Source of the DNA: Sphaerodactylus townsendi
Lineage: Eukaryota
Assembly (NCBI RefSeq): GCF_021028975.2
Contig: NC_059432.1
Location: forward strand, 7,874,001-7,938,000
Direction: 5' to 3'
Length of the DNA stretch: 64,000 bases
Below are positions 14,347-27,888 of this stretch, in pieces. The notes below the pieces were generated by a model. The model was not told the DNA's origin. It was given only the letters and a program-made list of their open reading frames with translations, and searched no databases. Within the stretch, counting starts at the first letter, position 1; each line of letters opens with the position of its first letter. Position numbers and translations under genes: made by a program.

Positions 14347-15397
14347 TCGAGACCATCCTAGGTTTCCAGTCTGCTCTGAAACATCCACCAGCCACCTGGG
14401 CAGGACCAGCCTTGTCCCCCGTATGGTCGCGTGCCATGACCTTGGCAGGGGAAACACCTCAAGGAGCTTCACTACACCAGAGGCTCTGGGACCCAAGTAG
14501 TGACCAGCTGAACACCCCAAGCAAGGAAGCTGCTGTCCCCCTTTGCTTGCCTCAAAATTAGCGGGAGCCAAGCTGTCCTCAGAGACTGAGAGCCCAGACA
14601 GGAGGCTTCAGCTGGAGGGTCCCAGCTGGTGGCGAGAGGACAGGCAGTGGGGCAAATGGAGAAAGCAGTGGAAAAAATTCCCTTTTGCTTTCACCCCTCT
14701 GTGGCTTCCCTAGAAAGAGATGCTTGCAGGTGTGTTACAACTGCTGCATCCCTGCAAACCGCGGCATCTCAACATGCACGTCACGCAAAATATTTTTTTA
14801 ATTATGCAGATCAAGCATCTGTATGCTTTCTAGAAATGCCCCCAAGTGCCACACCAAATGGAGACGGCAGCACTGGAAGAGGTTTGCTGGTGACAAGAAG
14901 AAACGGGTTTCTTCAGACAGTGCCCCATAGCAGGCCTTGGACTCAAATTCACAACTGGATTTCAACTAATGCAAAAAGAAAAAAAGAGGAAGACTTCAGC
15001 TGTGAGGGCAAACCACCCGGGCCCCCTGTGGCTCAGCCACTCCTCCCCCCCCCCCACTCCAGCCCTGGGGCTCAGGCAACTGCCTGCGTGGGCATCGTGG
15101 GCCGGCTGGGGAGACGGTCAGCTGAAATGACTGGTTTGTGGGACAGCCAATCAGTGTGAGTGGACACACAGACGTCAATTCTGTCTGAGGTTGTCAGACT
15201 GTATATTTAAGCTTTCAAGAAAATCAAGCACTTCAAACTTTTAAAAACTTTCTGTCCATGAAATTGTGCAGTCCCTCCAAGTTTTTCAGAATTTACACAT
15301 AATAAAGAGCTGTAAGAAACCATTTTCATAGACTGAACAATTTGTTAAAAAATTCTCATAGCTTGCTCAAGTTTTCCAGTGATTACACAGTCATTAC

Positions 15398-15600
15398 TGT
15401 ATTGTCGAAGGCTTTCACTTATTAGGACCACTTCAGGGATGTTGTGGGAGAGAAACGTTCCAGTAGTATTTTCTCCTGACTTTTTGCCTGCATCTGTGGT
15501 TTGGCATCTTCATCTTCCCGTCACAGATGCAGATGAAATGTCAGGAGAAAATACTACTGGAACATGGCCACACAACTCGGAAATCTCACAACATCCTCTA
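15398..15600. mobile_element. Penelope-like element remnant with inverted arrangement
   Basis: gttccagtagtattttctcctgac...gcatctgtg is mirrored by cacagatgc...gtcaggagaaaatactactggaac; the same cacagatgcaggcgaaac motif occurs at 18767 and 34599. Confidence 0.65.
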
Positions 15601-15644
15601 CATTATTGTCAATCACTGCACAATTCCTTTCATTAATATATATT

Positions 15645-18159
15645 TTTTTGCTTTATTAAATTTATATCCTGCCCTCCCTGACCAAAGTTGGGCTCAGGGC
15701 AGCATAGAAACATATTTAAAAACCAATGTTTCTAATATATAAAATCACTAGACATACCTAACATTAAAAGTTAAGATGGCAAACAAGTTCCACTGTATGA
15801 GGACCACCCAGCCCTGCTCATTCAGGAGAGGGCAATGCAGAGTGACCAGGCCCCGGTATTTTAGGGAGGTCGGCCGATAACATTGGGACATTCAAGTGGC
15901 CTCAACCAAAGGCCTGGAAGAACACCTCCACATTGCAGGGCCTGCGGAGCTGTTTAAGGTCCCCCAGAGCCCTGGCCTCATTAGACAGGGAGTTCCGCCA
16001 GGCTAGAGCCAGGGCAGACAAAGTCCAGCGATGACCAGGAGGTTTTCATCAGAGGATCAAAGTGTCCCCCATGGGCAATATGGGGCAATGCGGTTCTGCA
16101 GATAGGTTCCAGACCACTCAGGGCCTTAAACTTTGAACAACATTCAGAATTCCAGTAGCAACCAGTGCAGCTGCCGAAGCACAGGCGTTCTCACCAATGT
16201 GCCAGTGAGGAGTCTAGTGGCTGCATTCTGGACCAGTGTTAGTTTCTGAGTGTCAGGATGCCTAGTGGGTACTGGGGCTGCTTAGCACTTTGGACTGTTG
16301 GGGGGATGGGAATGTTACTCTGTGGATCATTTTTAACTGCTCTCACCACCAGGTGCTTGCCGAGGTCAGCTCCAACAGACTTTTGCTCTTATCAAACTGC
16401 CTGCATACTTCATTGTCTGTTCTCATGGGAGGGGGGTGGGGGAGTGCTTCCTTACATCATATTACTGCTGTTTGCACGCATAAAAGTCAATTCTGGCTTT
16501 TCCAAGCTGTCCTCTGGATGTGTGAATAAACCTCTGCTCTTTACAAGGTGTTGTTTCTTTCAGTGAGGATCTGACACTGAGTCAGTTTCAAGGGCAGGCC
16601 CACACAGAGTGAGTTACAGTAATCTAGCCTGGAGGTGACCGTCACATGGATCACTGTGGCTAAGTAAGGGTGGGAAAAATAGGGGGGCAGTTGCCTAGTG
16701 TGCTGAAAATGGTAGAATGCGATCCTCGTTGTTTTGATGACTTGGGCCTCCATAGAAAGGGAGTTATGCCCAGACTTTTAACAGATGTGACTGGATGTAA
16801 TCCCACATCACCAAATCTTGACAGCTGGAAGCCCTCCACCAGATCACCTTGACCTAGCCATAGGACCTCTGTCGTTGATGGATTTGGCCTCAATCTGCTC
16901 TTTTCCAACCAACCAGCCAGACCTCTAGATACCGTGTCAGAACATCTGGGGATATCAACAGAACAAGCTGAGTGTCATCAGCATGCTGGTGACAACTCAA
17001 TCGAAAGCTCTGAACAAGCTGCACCAGAGACCCCATGTAGATGTTAAACAACACTGGGGAGAGGATGGCCCCTTGCGGCACACCACAAACAAGTGGATGC
17101 TGCCTATGGGATGCCCCCCGCCCCATGTGCCACCTGATGTCCCTGGTCCTGAAGAAATGGGATTAGCCATTTCAAGGCATCAGACAGGCAGTGGCCCAAA
17201 AGACCATAATCAGCCATGTCAAAAGCTGAAATGAGATCTAATAACACCAGCAGTGCTGACCGGCCTCGGTCCAGCTGCATCCAAAGCTTGTCTGTAACGG
17301 CAACCAGTCTCTGTCCCATGGCCAGGGTGGAAGCCAGATCCAACACCGATGCGTCATTTAGAAATACCCGCAGCTGTTCCACAACCGCTCTCTTAACTAC
17401 TCTGCCCAGAAACGACAGATTGAAGACTGGGCGGATCCAAGGGAGCTTTGGTGATAGCGGGTTTCAAGGGAGGCAGGTGCGCCACTGCCTCCTTAAGCCT
17501 CCCTGGGAAAACTCCCCAAGATAGGAAGCGGTTGATGACTTCCAACAGGAGGCCCCACAGCAGAAGGACATGGGCCCAGAGAGCAAGTGGCAGGATCATC
17601 TAGCTGTGCACTTCTCAGCTCTGCATCAGGACTAAGGGAGCAGATCAAAGAGGGGTCCAAATACAGGACCAGGAAGACAGCCAAAGGGTCTCCAGTCCCC
17701 TTACTGTTTCCAACCAGTGGGAGGTCATGGCGGAGCACAAGACGTTGGGTTCACCAAGAAGCTTCCAAAAGCCTCACAGCCGTGTGCCAAATTCCCATCG
17801 GCAAGGGATGTCAGAAAGCACCACATTAAATGGACAGCCGGATGAGAGCTAGGAGACACAATGGCATGCACAGAGTCTCTTCTTTGGTGTCTTCTACCAC
17901 CATCTCAATGGACCTTCAGTTCCGTCCCTTCTAAGTGATGTTCTTGTAGTTCTACTCACACTTCTATCTAACTCCTCACTGTAGCCACCTCAGCTCCCTT
18001 TTCATCAGCCGAAGCTCCTCGATGTACCAAGGTGCCAAGCTGGTCTGGGAGTGGGGAGGACGTCAGGGAGCAATCACCTCGATGGCTTTGGAGAGCCGGA
18101 TAGTCCAGTCCTCCACCAGCACATCAAGGAAGCTGATGGCAGGCTTTGCATCCTACAGG
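15645..18159 (-). mobile_element. L2-clade LINE, decayed ORF2 (RT); continues at about 20016-20080
   Basis: RT remnants LVLLDLISAFD, CGVPQGAILSPVLFNIY, HADDTQL and VTSRLDYCNSL in broken frames; L2-type 3' end near 15650. Confidence 0.85.
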
Positions 18160-20015
18160 CAGAGGTGCATTTGCCTAGGGACATGGGGTGACCCATTTAG
18201 TCACGTGGGGGGCGCAAAAATTTCAGGTTCGTTTGTGGGGGGTTTTTGTATTTTTTAGTGTTTTTTTCACTTTTGGGCTGGCAGGGGGCACAGTTTTAGG
18301 TTAGTGGCACCACAATTTCACAGTATCATCAGGTGACACTCCTGATGATACCAGCCAAGTTTGGTGAGGTTTGGTTCAGGGGGTCCAAAGTTATGGACCC
18401 CCAAAGGGGGCGCCCCATCCTCCATTGTTTCCAATGGGAACTAATAGTAGATGGGGCTACCCTTTTGAGGGTCCATATCTTTGGATCCCCTGAACCAAAC
18501 TTCACTAAACCTGGGTGGTGTCATCAGGATAGTCTCCTGCTGATACAATCCAGTTTTGTTGAATATTGGTTCAGGGGGTCAAAAGCTATGGACCCCCAAA
18601 GGGGGCACCCCATTCCCCATTGTTTCCAATGGGAACTAATAGTAGATGGGTTTTGAGGGTCCCTTTTGAGGTCCCTTTTGGACCCCTTGACCCAAACTTC
18701 ACTAGACATAGGTGGTATCATCAGAATAGTCTCCTACTGATATCACCCAATTTTGGTGAATCTGGCCACAGATGCAGGCGAAACATTAGGAACAAGATCT
18801 ACCAAACCACAGCCATGCAGCCCAGAAAATCCACAACAACCAACATTGAAAGTGATGCTGTTTGGGGGTTGGGTGGGTTTTAAAAAGAGAATCTGGGCTC
18901 TCTAAACAACATCAAAAGTGATGTTATTTGGAGGGTGGGTGGGATGGGGGGAATCCCCCCTGAAACAGCATCATTTTTGTTTCCAAGAGGTGCTGTCCTG
19001 CCTCGAGGCAGAGGTGTTGAGCATGCAAATGGGGACCTCGAAAAGTTTGGCAAGGTAAATTCTACTGGTATCTAGCCTCCAAGGATATATGCCAGGCTTC
19101 GATCCATAGGGAAACCCCGTAGAGAAGTTCTTGCTCACTATTACGAAATGACTTCCTTTCGCTCTGAAGTATGCACTTTATGAAACAGGAGTACCTGTTT
19201 TGTTTCATTAAACTGTATTTGGATTACTTAGTTCTGCTATGTTTTAATGCCTAATAAAGGTCTTTGAACTTTGGGGGAAAAAACAGCATCACTTTCAATG
19301 TTGTTTAAACTGGGGAGCCCAGATTCTCCCTTTAAGGTGGATTTAAAAGAAGAATCTGGGCTCTCTAGTCTAAACAACATTAAAAGTGATGCTATTTGTG
19401 GGGTGGGATGGGGGAAATCCACCCTGTTACAGCATCACTTTCAATGTTGCTTAAACTAGGGAGCCCAGAGTCTCCCTTTAAGGTGATTCTGGCTCTAAAC
19501 AATATTGAAAGTGATGCTATTTTGGGGCGGACCCCCCCCCCCAAATAGCATCAATTTCAATGTTGTTTAAAATAGAGAACCCAGATTATCCCATAAAGGT
19601 AGATTAAAAGGAGAATCTGCGCTCTCTAGTCTAAACAACATTGAAAGTGATGCTGTTTCGGGGTGGATTTTCCTTTTATAGGAGATTCAAAAGGTGAGCA
19701 CCTGGGCCCCTTAGTTTAAAACAACTCCCCGAAAAATGATGCTGTTCTCAGGGTGGATTCCTGCCCTCTCGCTCCGCCTTCCGCCACACACACACACAGC
19801 ATCACTTTCAATGTTGTTTAAACTAGGGAGCCTTGGGTGTGCAGATTTGTGAGTTGGGGCATGTTCTATAATGTGATGGTGACTTTGAGATGATCTGGTG
19901 CAAAAAAATCATTCTTTTGTTGTGGGGGTGGTGGCCGCCCACATGGGGGGTAGGTGGGATGGGGCGGAAAACTCAGATTTTGCCCTGGGCTCCATTTTTC
20001 CTAGCTACGCCTCTG
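18160..20015 (+). mobile_element. Non-autonomous hAT-like DNA transposon (family A) with nested Penelope (about 18762-18842) and LINE 3' fragment (about 18978-19272)
   Basis: Termini CAGAGGTGCA... and ...TAGCTACGCCTCTG; flanks cctacagg / cccccagg (6/8 TSD match); interrupts the L2 element. Confidence 0.7.
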
Positions 20016-21869
20016 CCCCCAGGGCATTCTGGAAACCAATTGGATCCATGAGTCTCCTTGGGAAGGCATAAAGAAGTCTGTCATTTAGGCAGAGCTTTTC
20101 AAATAATAGTTAAGCACTTTCTCAATAATTGTGCCCTTCAAAAACTCCCAGATAGTTAAAAAACATCCAGACAATATTTGTTAATGTGGTGTAGTGGCTA
20201 GAGTGTGAAACCTGGGTTTGAATCCCCACTTGTGCCATAGAAATTCATTTGGTGATCTTTCACCATTCACACACTATCACCCTAACCTACCTCACAGGGT
20301 TGTTGTGAAGATAAAATGGAAAAGAAAAGTATGTAAGACCCTCAGGGATCCACTGCAGAAAAATTAAAATGAAGTAAATAGGTAAATAAACACAGCACGT
20401 GTGAGGCTGAGAGCCTCTGAACCGTCAGGCTCCTCCTCGTCAGAGGCAGAACTGAGTCAGTTGGGTCGGGAGACTGAACTGAGGTTTCTTTTGTCTTTCC
20501 TAAACTGCCAGGGAGCATCAGCTGAGGCTGCTGCGTGAGAGGAGAGTGGGTGGGCCCTTGGAGCCTGCGGGAGAGGGGCTTCCGGCTGATTCTCTTGTCT
20601 GATCAGTTGGTGGCTGAGGAGGCTCTGCTTGCCGAGGGCCAGCCCTCTGCTGTTGCGGTTTCTGCTGCTCGCCTTTGAACTGTAAGGCTCCCCCTCAATC
20701 AAGGGGCCAGACTTTGGTGTGAGCCGAAGGGCTCTTGGCCCGGAGCTCTCAGCCTGGGGACCCTATCAGAATCAAAGAGGTTTTCACATTCCTATATGTG
20801 TTAGCCTTTTTGGCTTCTGCAAACGTTAGGCCAGATCTATAAGTTTCAGGTTTCATCAAGAGGCAGAGGAAATCCGAGGGTGAAGGTGGCAATGAGTGCT
20901 GAAGGCCCATTTCCAAGTTACCTGCAGGGCGCGCACCAGGTTTCTTTTCCTCCCTAAGAACAAGATGGACTTTGCTTGTCAAAAATGTAAGTTGATAGTT
21001 CTTTTAGAGGAGATCGTTTGGAGTCTGGAGGAAAAGATCAGTACCCTCCGTGAGGCCAAGGAAAGGAAGGAGTTCATTAACAGAAGCCACGGGGCCCTGC
21101 ATAAGGGTGGGGTGGTGGCCAAAGGGACAAGAATGTGGCCAATTTCCTGATGAGCATCCTCTGAACACTGCAGTGTGAACCCGAAGGTGTTGAACAAGAC
21201 GGCATTCAGTGCCACTGGAACTCAGGAACCGATTCCAGGCCACTGCAGTAGTGGCAGAGATGGAAACATGAGAAAAAGACGGAGGAGGGAGGAGGAGGGA
21301 CGGGTGTGACAAAGAAATAGCCCTGGGAGGAAAAGAGAAGTGTTGGCCATCGGTGACTCTGTGAGAAGAGATAAGGAGTGTCATGTGTCCAGGAGGCGTG
21401 TTGCGTGCTCCAGGAGAGATTAAAGATACCGCAGACCAGTGCCGGTTGCCAAAAACGAGTCAACGTACAGATCACGTTTGCGGGCCTGAACCATGAACAG
21501 CACCAAGGCTGGAGGGAACGGGGGCACAAATGGTGTCCTTCCCAGAAGAGGAAGAGGAAAGTGAAAGGAACAGAAGATAACAAGTGGGGGGGGGGGGGGC
21601 ACAAAGAACTAGCAGAAGCAAGCAGCTATCCCATTTCCACCCCCCTCCTTTGCTTCCTCCCCTCTCCCCCGACTTCTTTCTGACTCTCACTTTTTCTCCC
21701 TCCTGCCACTTCTTTTCTTACTCTCTGTCCTCCATGCCTGTCACTTTCTGTTTCTCCCCCCCCCCACCTTCCTGGCCACCTGCCTGCCTGCCTGCCTGGC
21801 TCCTTTCTCCCCACTCCCTGCCCCATCAGCTGCAGCATCTCTCCCAGAATCAAAACAGACCTCCCAGCT

Positions 21870-22810
21870 ACAGAGATTAGTTCCCCTTCGGGTTTCTAGC
21901 TCCATGTTGGGAAATTCCTGGAGATTTGGGGGTGGAGCCTTGGGAATAGGAGGTCTGGGGAAGGAAGCAACCTCCATGGGGTATAATGCCACAGAGTCCA
22001 CCCCCCAAAGCTACCATTTTCACCAGGGGAACGGCCTCTGTCATCTGGAGTTCAGTTATAATTCTGGGTGATCTCCAGGCTTCACCTGGAGGTTGGCAAC
22101 ACTAACTCCCCTGGAAGAAACAGCTGCTTTGGAGGGTGAAGTCTGTGGCATTCTGAGGCCCCTCCCCTCCTCAAACTCCACCCTCCCCAGGCATCACTCA
22201 TCGCAACCTGGAGTTGACAACCCAGCCCTCGCCCAATAGCCAGCCTACCTTTACCTGACCCTCTGCCTTAACATGTCCACCTTTCCACCCGCACAGCCTC
22301 CACCTTGGAAAAGGACAGTCTTTCCCACAGAGGGGACCAAAGTAGCTGGAGTTGGTCTCCTCCCCTCCTTTTCATCTGCACAAAAACCGTGTCAAATAAG
22401 CTCGGCTGAAAGCAGGTGACGGCTCCAAAGCCACCCAGTGAGCTTCTACGGCAAGGTGGGGATTTGGGCCTGGGTCTTCCAGCCCCTGCTCTGAAGCTCT
22501 AACTGCTCTAACATCACACTATCTTTCATGGGATGGCTGCCGTTGAACAGTCACAAGCAACAGACGAGGATGAACCGTCCAGTATCAACTCACTCAGAGG
22601 TGACTGCTCGGTCTAGGGTTGCCAACCTCTGGGTGGGTTCTGGAGATCCTCCAGAATTACAACTGAAACCCAAACTATAGAGATGTGTCCTTCTGAGGAA
22701 AATGACCACTCTGGATGGCATTAATACCCTGCTGAGGTTGTTTCCCTTCCCAAACCTCCCGCTTCCAAGGCTTCACTCCCAAATCTCTAAGAAACCTGGA
22801 GCTGGAAACC
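21870..22810. mobile_element. Cluster of short non-autonomous elements with agggttgccaacctc-type ends
   Basis: ggaggttggcaac (22088), ggagttgacaaccc (22210) and tagggttgccaacctc (22614), with a shared ctccagaattacaactga / tcagttataattctgg body. Confidence 0.45.
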
Positions 22811-25800
22811 CTTCAGGCCTGGCCCTGCTTCCTCCTCCTCCAAATCAGGCCCAGAAAGAGCTCTGCCTTCTCCCCATTGCCTTTACTGGCAGAACAGTTG
22901 CCTAGCAACAGCCACTGAGGGAATCTGTTGCTTAAAGCCACAGGTTTTTATAATGTTCAGCTTTTTAAAAAATGTATTTCTTTTTTAGATTGTGCATTTT
23001 ATTCAATCCTGGGGCTCTTTTCAGGTTTGTAGAAAAATCTGTCTTGCCAGTTCACAGCTCCAGTCACCGGATTTAAGCATCAAAGGATTTGGCTGACTTC
23101 ATTATTGGAATATAAGATTGAAGTGAACCACTGGCTGCAATAGTGGTGCCAGCAAGAGTGATTTGGGTTACGGGACCATGGGCAGGATTTTCTAGATGAC
23201 GACCTTCCAGCACATGACAGACTTCATCAATCAAGGTCAGGGAAGACCTTGTCTGGCAGAAGCCTGGGGAGATTCATCAGCAGGGCTTTACACTGACAAC
23301 ACAAGGGAAGGAGATGACCAGCCTAGGGATTTAAATGAAGGAGACAGCAAATAGCAGAGGCCCACCTGGGAGGGACAGGTCTAAGGGAGAAAAAGGTGGG
23401 GGCTTCAGGTGTTCACGTACCTGTGCCCAAAGTCAGGGCAATAAGAAGAGCTTGAGATCTGAATGAAAATAGAGGGATATAATTTGGTAGGCATTATAGA
23501 GACTTGGCGGGATGAGTCCCATGACTGGAATGTAGTGGTGGATGGATATGAAAAACTGAAAGGGTTGGAAAGAAGGCCAAGTGGCTCTGTGAGTGAGTTT
23601 GTGTGCAGGAAATACTGGATGTGGCGGATGACGACCCAATGGGAAGAATCTGGGTGAGGATAAGGAAAGGAAGGACAAGTAGTCTTGTGGCTGGAGTCTG
23701 CTCCTGGCCTCCTGGCTGGGGTGAGAAAGTGGATGTTGCCCTCTTTCAGTACTATGACACAGTTCTCAGGCAACATGACCTTGTTGATATAGGTGACTTC
23801 AATTTCCCTGATGTGTTCATAGGTCAATTTATTTGAGCCCCTAGGCCATAGACCCATTTCTAAAAAAACTTTGACAGCAAAGTGCAAACTGGAATTTTGC
23901 CACATCTACTCCACAGTTCTGATTTAGACCATTAACCTTAACTTCACAGCATCAGGAAAAGGGTGCGGGGAGACAACCTCCACTAAGCACCTGCGGTCAA
24001 CAGCTACTTGACCTACCTGGCCTTTCCTTTTTCACACGGCAGGGGAAGCCATGAAAGGCTCGATCATACTTGTCTTGGTATTAACCAATAAGCAAGAACA
24101 GGCAGACGGGGTGAAGGTGGTAGGGGCCTTTGGGGGAAGTGACCATGTCCTCCTAGAATTTATTTTGCAATGGAGGGCCAAGAAAGTCCATAGCCAGATG
24201 TGTATGTTTAGTTTTAGTGAGGCAGATTTTAATAAACTCAGAGGTATGATGAGAGTCATTCCATGGGCAAGACTTCCGGAAGGGAAAATAACAAATGAGG
24301 GATGGGCTCCCTTAAAAGAAGAGCTCTTGCAAGCTCAAGCTTTCCCTTTCCCATCAAGACTGAAACATGGCAGTGGATCCAAGAAGCTGTTATCCCCCGC
24401 CCCCCCCGGCAGCTAAGAGTTCGTCTGATGAGGACCTACTCGAGGCAACTGTGCAGGAAGTTTTCCGGTCTCAGGCACCTGATTTGGAGCTTATCAGGAG
24501 TACTGGGCAAGATGCCAGCAGTCCTTCTGAGTCTCCAGACACTATGCAGCATTGCAGGCAGAAGCTGAGGTTGGCTCTGAAGGAGAAGAGATGGCCGGCT
24601 CGCTTGTAGTCAGCACTGTGCAGCAGAGCAGGCTGAGCCCTTGCAGGAGTTGCCCCGCACAGGTGTCAGGCCCCGCCATTCTGGGCCTGCCAAAGCGCCT
24701 GACACATGCCTGGGCATGCCTTGCGGTGGCTGGTCTTGCATCAGCCTTGCCCCAGGTCAGAGATTCAGCTTTCCTGTTTTGCAGCAAGGTAGTGAGTAGA
24801 GTTTAACAATTCCTCCTAATGTCTCCTCCTCCTAATGTGTCTACTGCAACTGTCTTCAACTATCCTTTCTAATGCTGATATGGGGAATGCAAGGGTGGGG
24901 GCTACAGGATTGTAATTGTAAGGTTTATATTGGGAGCCATGGAGCTGGGACCTCAGTCTCAGCGACCTGGCCATAAGGGTCAGACACTGTTTCAATAAAG
25001 CTCTCAAAGCCATTCTTGAGTCTTATTGTTGACTGGGGTACTAGGCCTTTACAATAGGCAGCCCAGATGGATTTAATGAAGAGCAATGAAGGCTGTTTTC
25101 CTTGACCCTGCCTGCCTTCCACTGCACTGTTTCCAGACTCTGCTTTGACCTTGGCCCGGCTTGTGATGAACTTGACTTCGGCTACTCACCTCCAATGTGT
25201 ATGTTTCTTGGCGAGTGACTGTCTGGCTTGGTTGACCCTGCTTCCTGGACTCTCCCACTGGCCTGTTTCATCTGTGTTTGGGCTTTGCTCACTGTTTACC
25301 ACCTTGGACTGTTGTAAGGGCAGGTCTCTGCCTCAGGCCCTGTGGCAGCTCCTGGCCCCTGAGCCTCCTCAGTGCTGGTATTGCTGTGGCAGTGCCCCAG
25401 CCCTGCCCAGTAGCCACTGTGCATGAACAGAGATCTCCATGATGAGCTAAGGAAGAAAAACAAAATGTTCACGAAATAAGGGACATACTTCTAAAGGTTG
25501 CTGGGCGCTGCAGGTCAGCCTTCAGAGAAGCCACCGCTCATAGTGAGCTGATGTTGGTCAGGAAGTTTCGCCGAAAGGAAAACTTTTTTCAGATACGTGA
25601 GGAGCAAATGCAAGATAAAGGAGGCAACAGGCCCACTGTTGGGAGGAAATGGAGAAATTCTGACAGGGAGAAAGACTCAGTGCCAATTTTGCCTCATTTT
25701 TTCCCTGAAGAAGAGAGCAGGCTCACATAGAGATGGTGGTAGCCAAGGTGTGGTGTCTGGGCTGCTGGTTGACATGGACAGAGGGGTCACTGAGAAGCAC

Positions 25801-26563
25801 CTGTTTGCATGGGATGACTACAGGGTATGCACCCAAGAGTACTCTAATATTACCTCAGAGAACTTTCACAGCCGCTGTCCCTAATCTTCAAGACTTCTTG
25901 GAGGACAAATGTCACACCACAAGACTAGAGGAGGGCAAATGTTATCCGAGTCATCAAACAATGGGAAGAGGAATGACCCAGGAAACAATTCTGCCCTCTG
26001 TCCCAGGGAAGATCCTGGAAATTTTAAAAGGGTCAGTCTGTGAGCATCTGAAGGAAATTTGTTGCAAACAGGCCTTGTTTCCTTCTTTGACTGAGTGATG
26101 AGTTTACTGGATTGAGGGAATGCTGTCAATGTTGTTTAACTGGATTTCGGTAAAGCTTTTGACAGGGTCCCCGATGATGTTTTGATGGGTAAACTGGAGG
26201 GTTGGTGACTAGACTCTAGGATAGTTAGGTAGGTAGGGAACTAGCTTGGGAAACTCACCCAAAAATCATTGTCAACGGCATTTCATCTGAGTGGAGGGAG
26301 ATGTCCAGTGGGATGCCACTGGGGTTAGAACTTTTCAATATTTTTATCAATGATCTGGGGGGGGGGGGGTCCATTACATTTGTACCTGATTCCAAAATGG
26401 GGGGAGAAGTGAACACCCCAGAAGACAGAGACAGAATTCATCGAGATCTGAACACACTGGAAAAGTGGGCAGATGTGAACAACAAGGATAAGGGCAGAGT
26501 TCTACATCTGAGTAACAAAAAATAAGAAGTATACATCATGAATGCTGGATCCACTACTGAGTA

Positions 26564-26566
<3 letters not shown>

Positions 26567-26621
<55 letters not shown>

Positions 26622-26625
26622 TGTA
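26567..26625. repeat. (GT)n microsatellite within CR1
   Basis: Near-perfect GT run. Confidence 0.95.
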
Positions 26626-27888
26626 TGAACAAAATCCTGAAGGTATGAGTAGACTGTGATTTAAATATAAGCAGGCAGTATGATGCAGTGGCAAAAAGAC
26701 TAATACCATCTTGGGGAATATCAACAGAGGCATCACATTCAACTCACAATATATTATAGTCTCACTATAGACTGCATTGGTCAGGCCACACTTGGAGTCC
26801 ACATGCAGTTCTGGGAGCCTCATTTCAACAAGGACGTGGACAGAAGGTAGAGCGACGAGGATGATCAAGAGACTGGACCAAGCCCTGAGCGGAAAGGCCA
26901 AGGGGCCTTCAGGGAATGTTCAGTCTGGAAAAGAGGACATTGGGGGGGTGGGGGCGGGGGCTCATGATTGGTCTCTTTAAGGATTTGAAAGGCTGTCACT
27001 TAGAGGAGGGCAGGAGGCTGTTCTTCTTGGCAGAAGAGAAAAGGACTCAGAATTACGAGTATAGGTTATGGACACAAAGGTACTGGCTGGATATTAGGAC
27101 TTCTATCTTTTTCCATAGTGAGAGTAGTTCAGCAGTGGAATGGGCTGCCCAAAGAGGTGGGCAGCCTTCAAGCAGCAGCTGGATGAATGCTTGGGAGAGG
27201 AGCTTTAGGCTAAGCCTGCATTGAGCAGCAGGGAATTGGATTAGGTGGCCTTCCAAATCTATGATTAGAATAATAGAGTTGGAAGAGACCACAAGGGCCA
27301 TCAAGTCCAAGCCCCTGCCACGCACGAACAATTCTATTATATCCTTTTAGCTTACTACAAAGCACCTCGGGAGAGACACTAGTAAATCTGGAGAACAATA
27401 GCTGTGAACAAATGTTAAAAATAAATGCAAAAGCAGAGGGTACGTTGCTGACTGGGTTGCAACTTTTGAAACACAAGTTTGTGCATCAAAATTCAACCAC
27501 AACATTTTGGAGCAGCCCTCATTATTACGACACAGGACACAACAGACACCAACACTCCTCCTTCTAGAAGATCATCTTTCAAGTTAGGAAATGTTTGCTT
27601 TCAAAAGTAGAAAAACTGAGTAGCAGAACATAGAGACCAGATGCATCTACACACAATACATTTATTCTCCACTCATTTGCACACATCCTCATCTACCTTG
27701 CTAGTTTTACAAGGCAGTAATACCCAAGAAGGATGGATGCTGCTGTATCTACATCTTCCACACACTCTGCTTCTGCCCTACCACAGTAGCAGAAGACTGA
27801 CAAAACAGGATACATCAGCAACAGACAGGATGAAAGTCTTCAGTAATCAGGTGACAGGATCCCAGGAACATGCCATCCATTCACTCAC

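Larger units (their letters stand above)
20560..27267 (+). mobile_element. Near-full-length, fragmented CR1 LINE (5' UTR, ORF1, ORF2 endonuclease and RT, 3' UTR)
   Basis: In collinear order: ORF1 Zn/coiled-coil FACQKCKLIVLLEE...LEEKISTLRE (20896-21090), esterase remnants (21335-21500, 23140-23300), APE endonuclease LVGIIETWRDESHDWNVVVDGY (23463-), GGSDHVLLEFIL (24130-), RT remnants (25420-27100), tail ccttccaaatctatgatt. The 5' boundary is approximate. Confidence 0.75.

Noticed and set aside
18840-19830. Repeat-spacer pattern superficially like a CRISPR array
   Set aside because: Repeats alternate in orientation, are degenerate, lie inside a dispersed eukaryotic transposon, and no cas genes are present.
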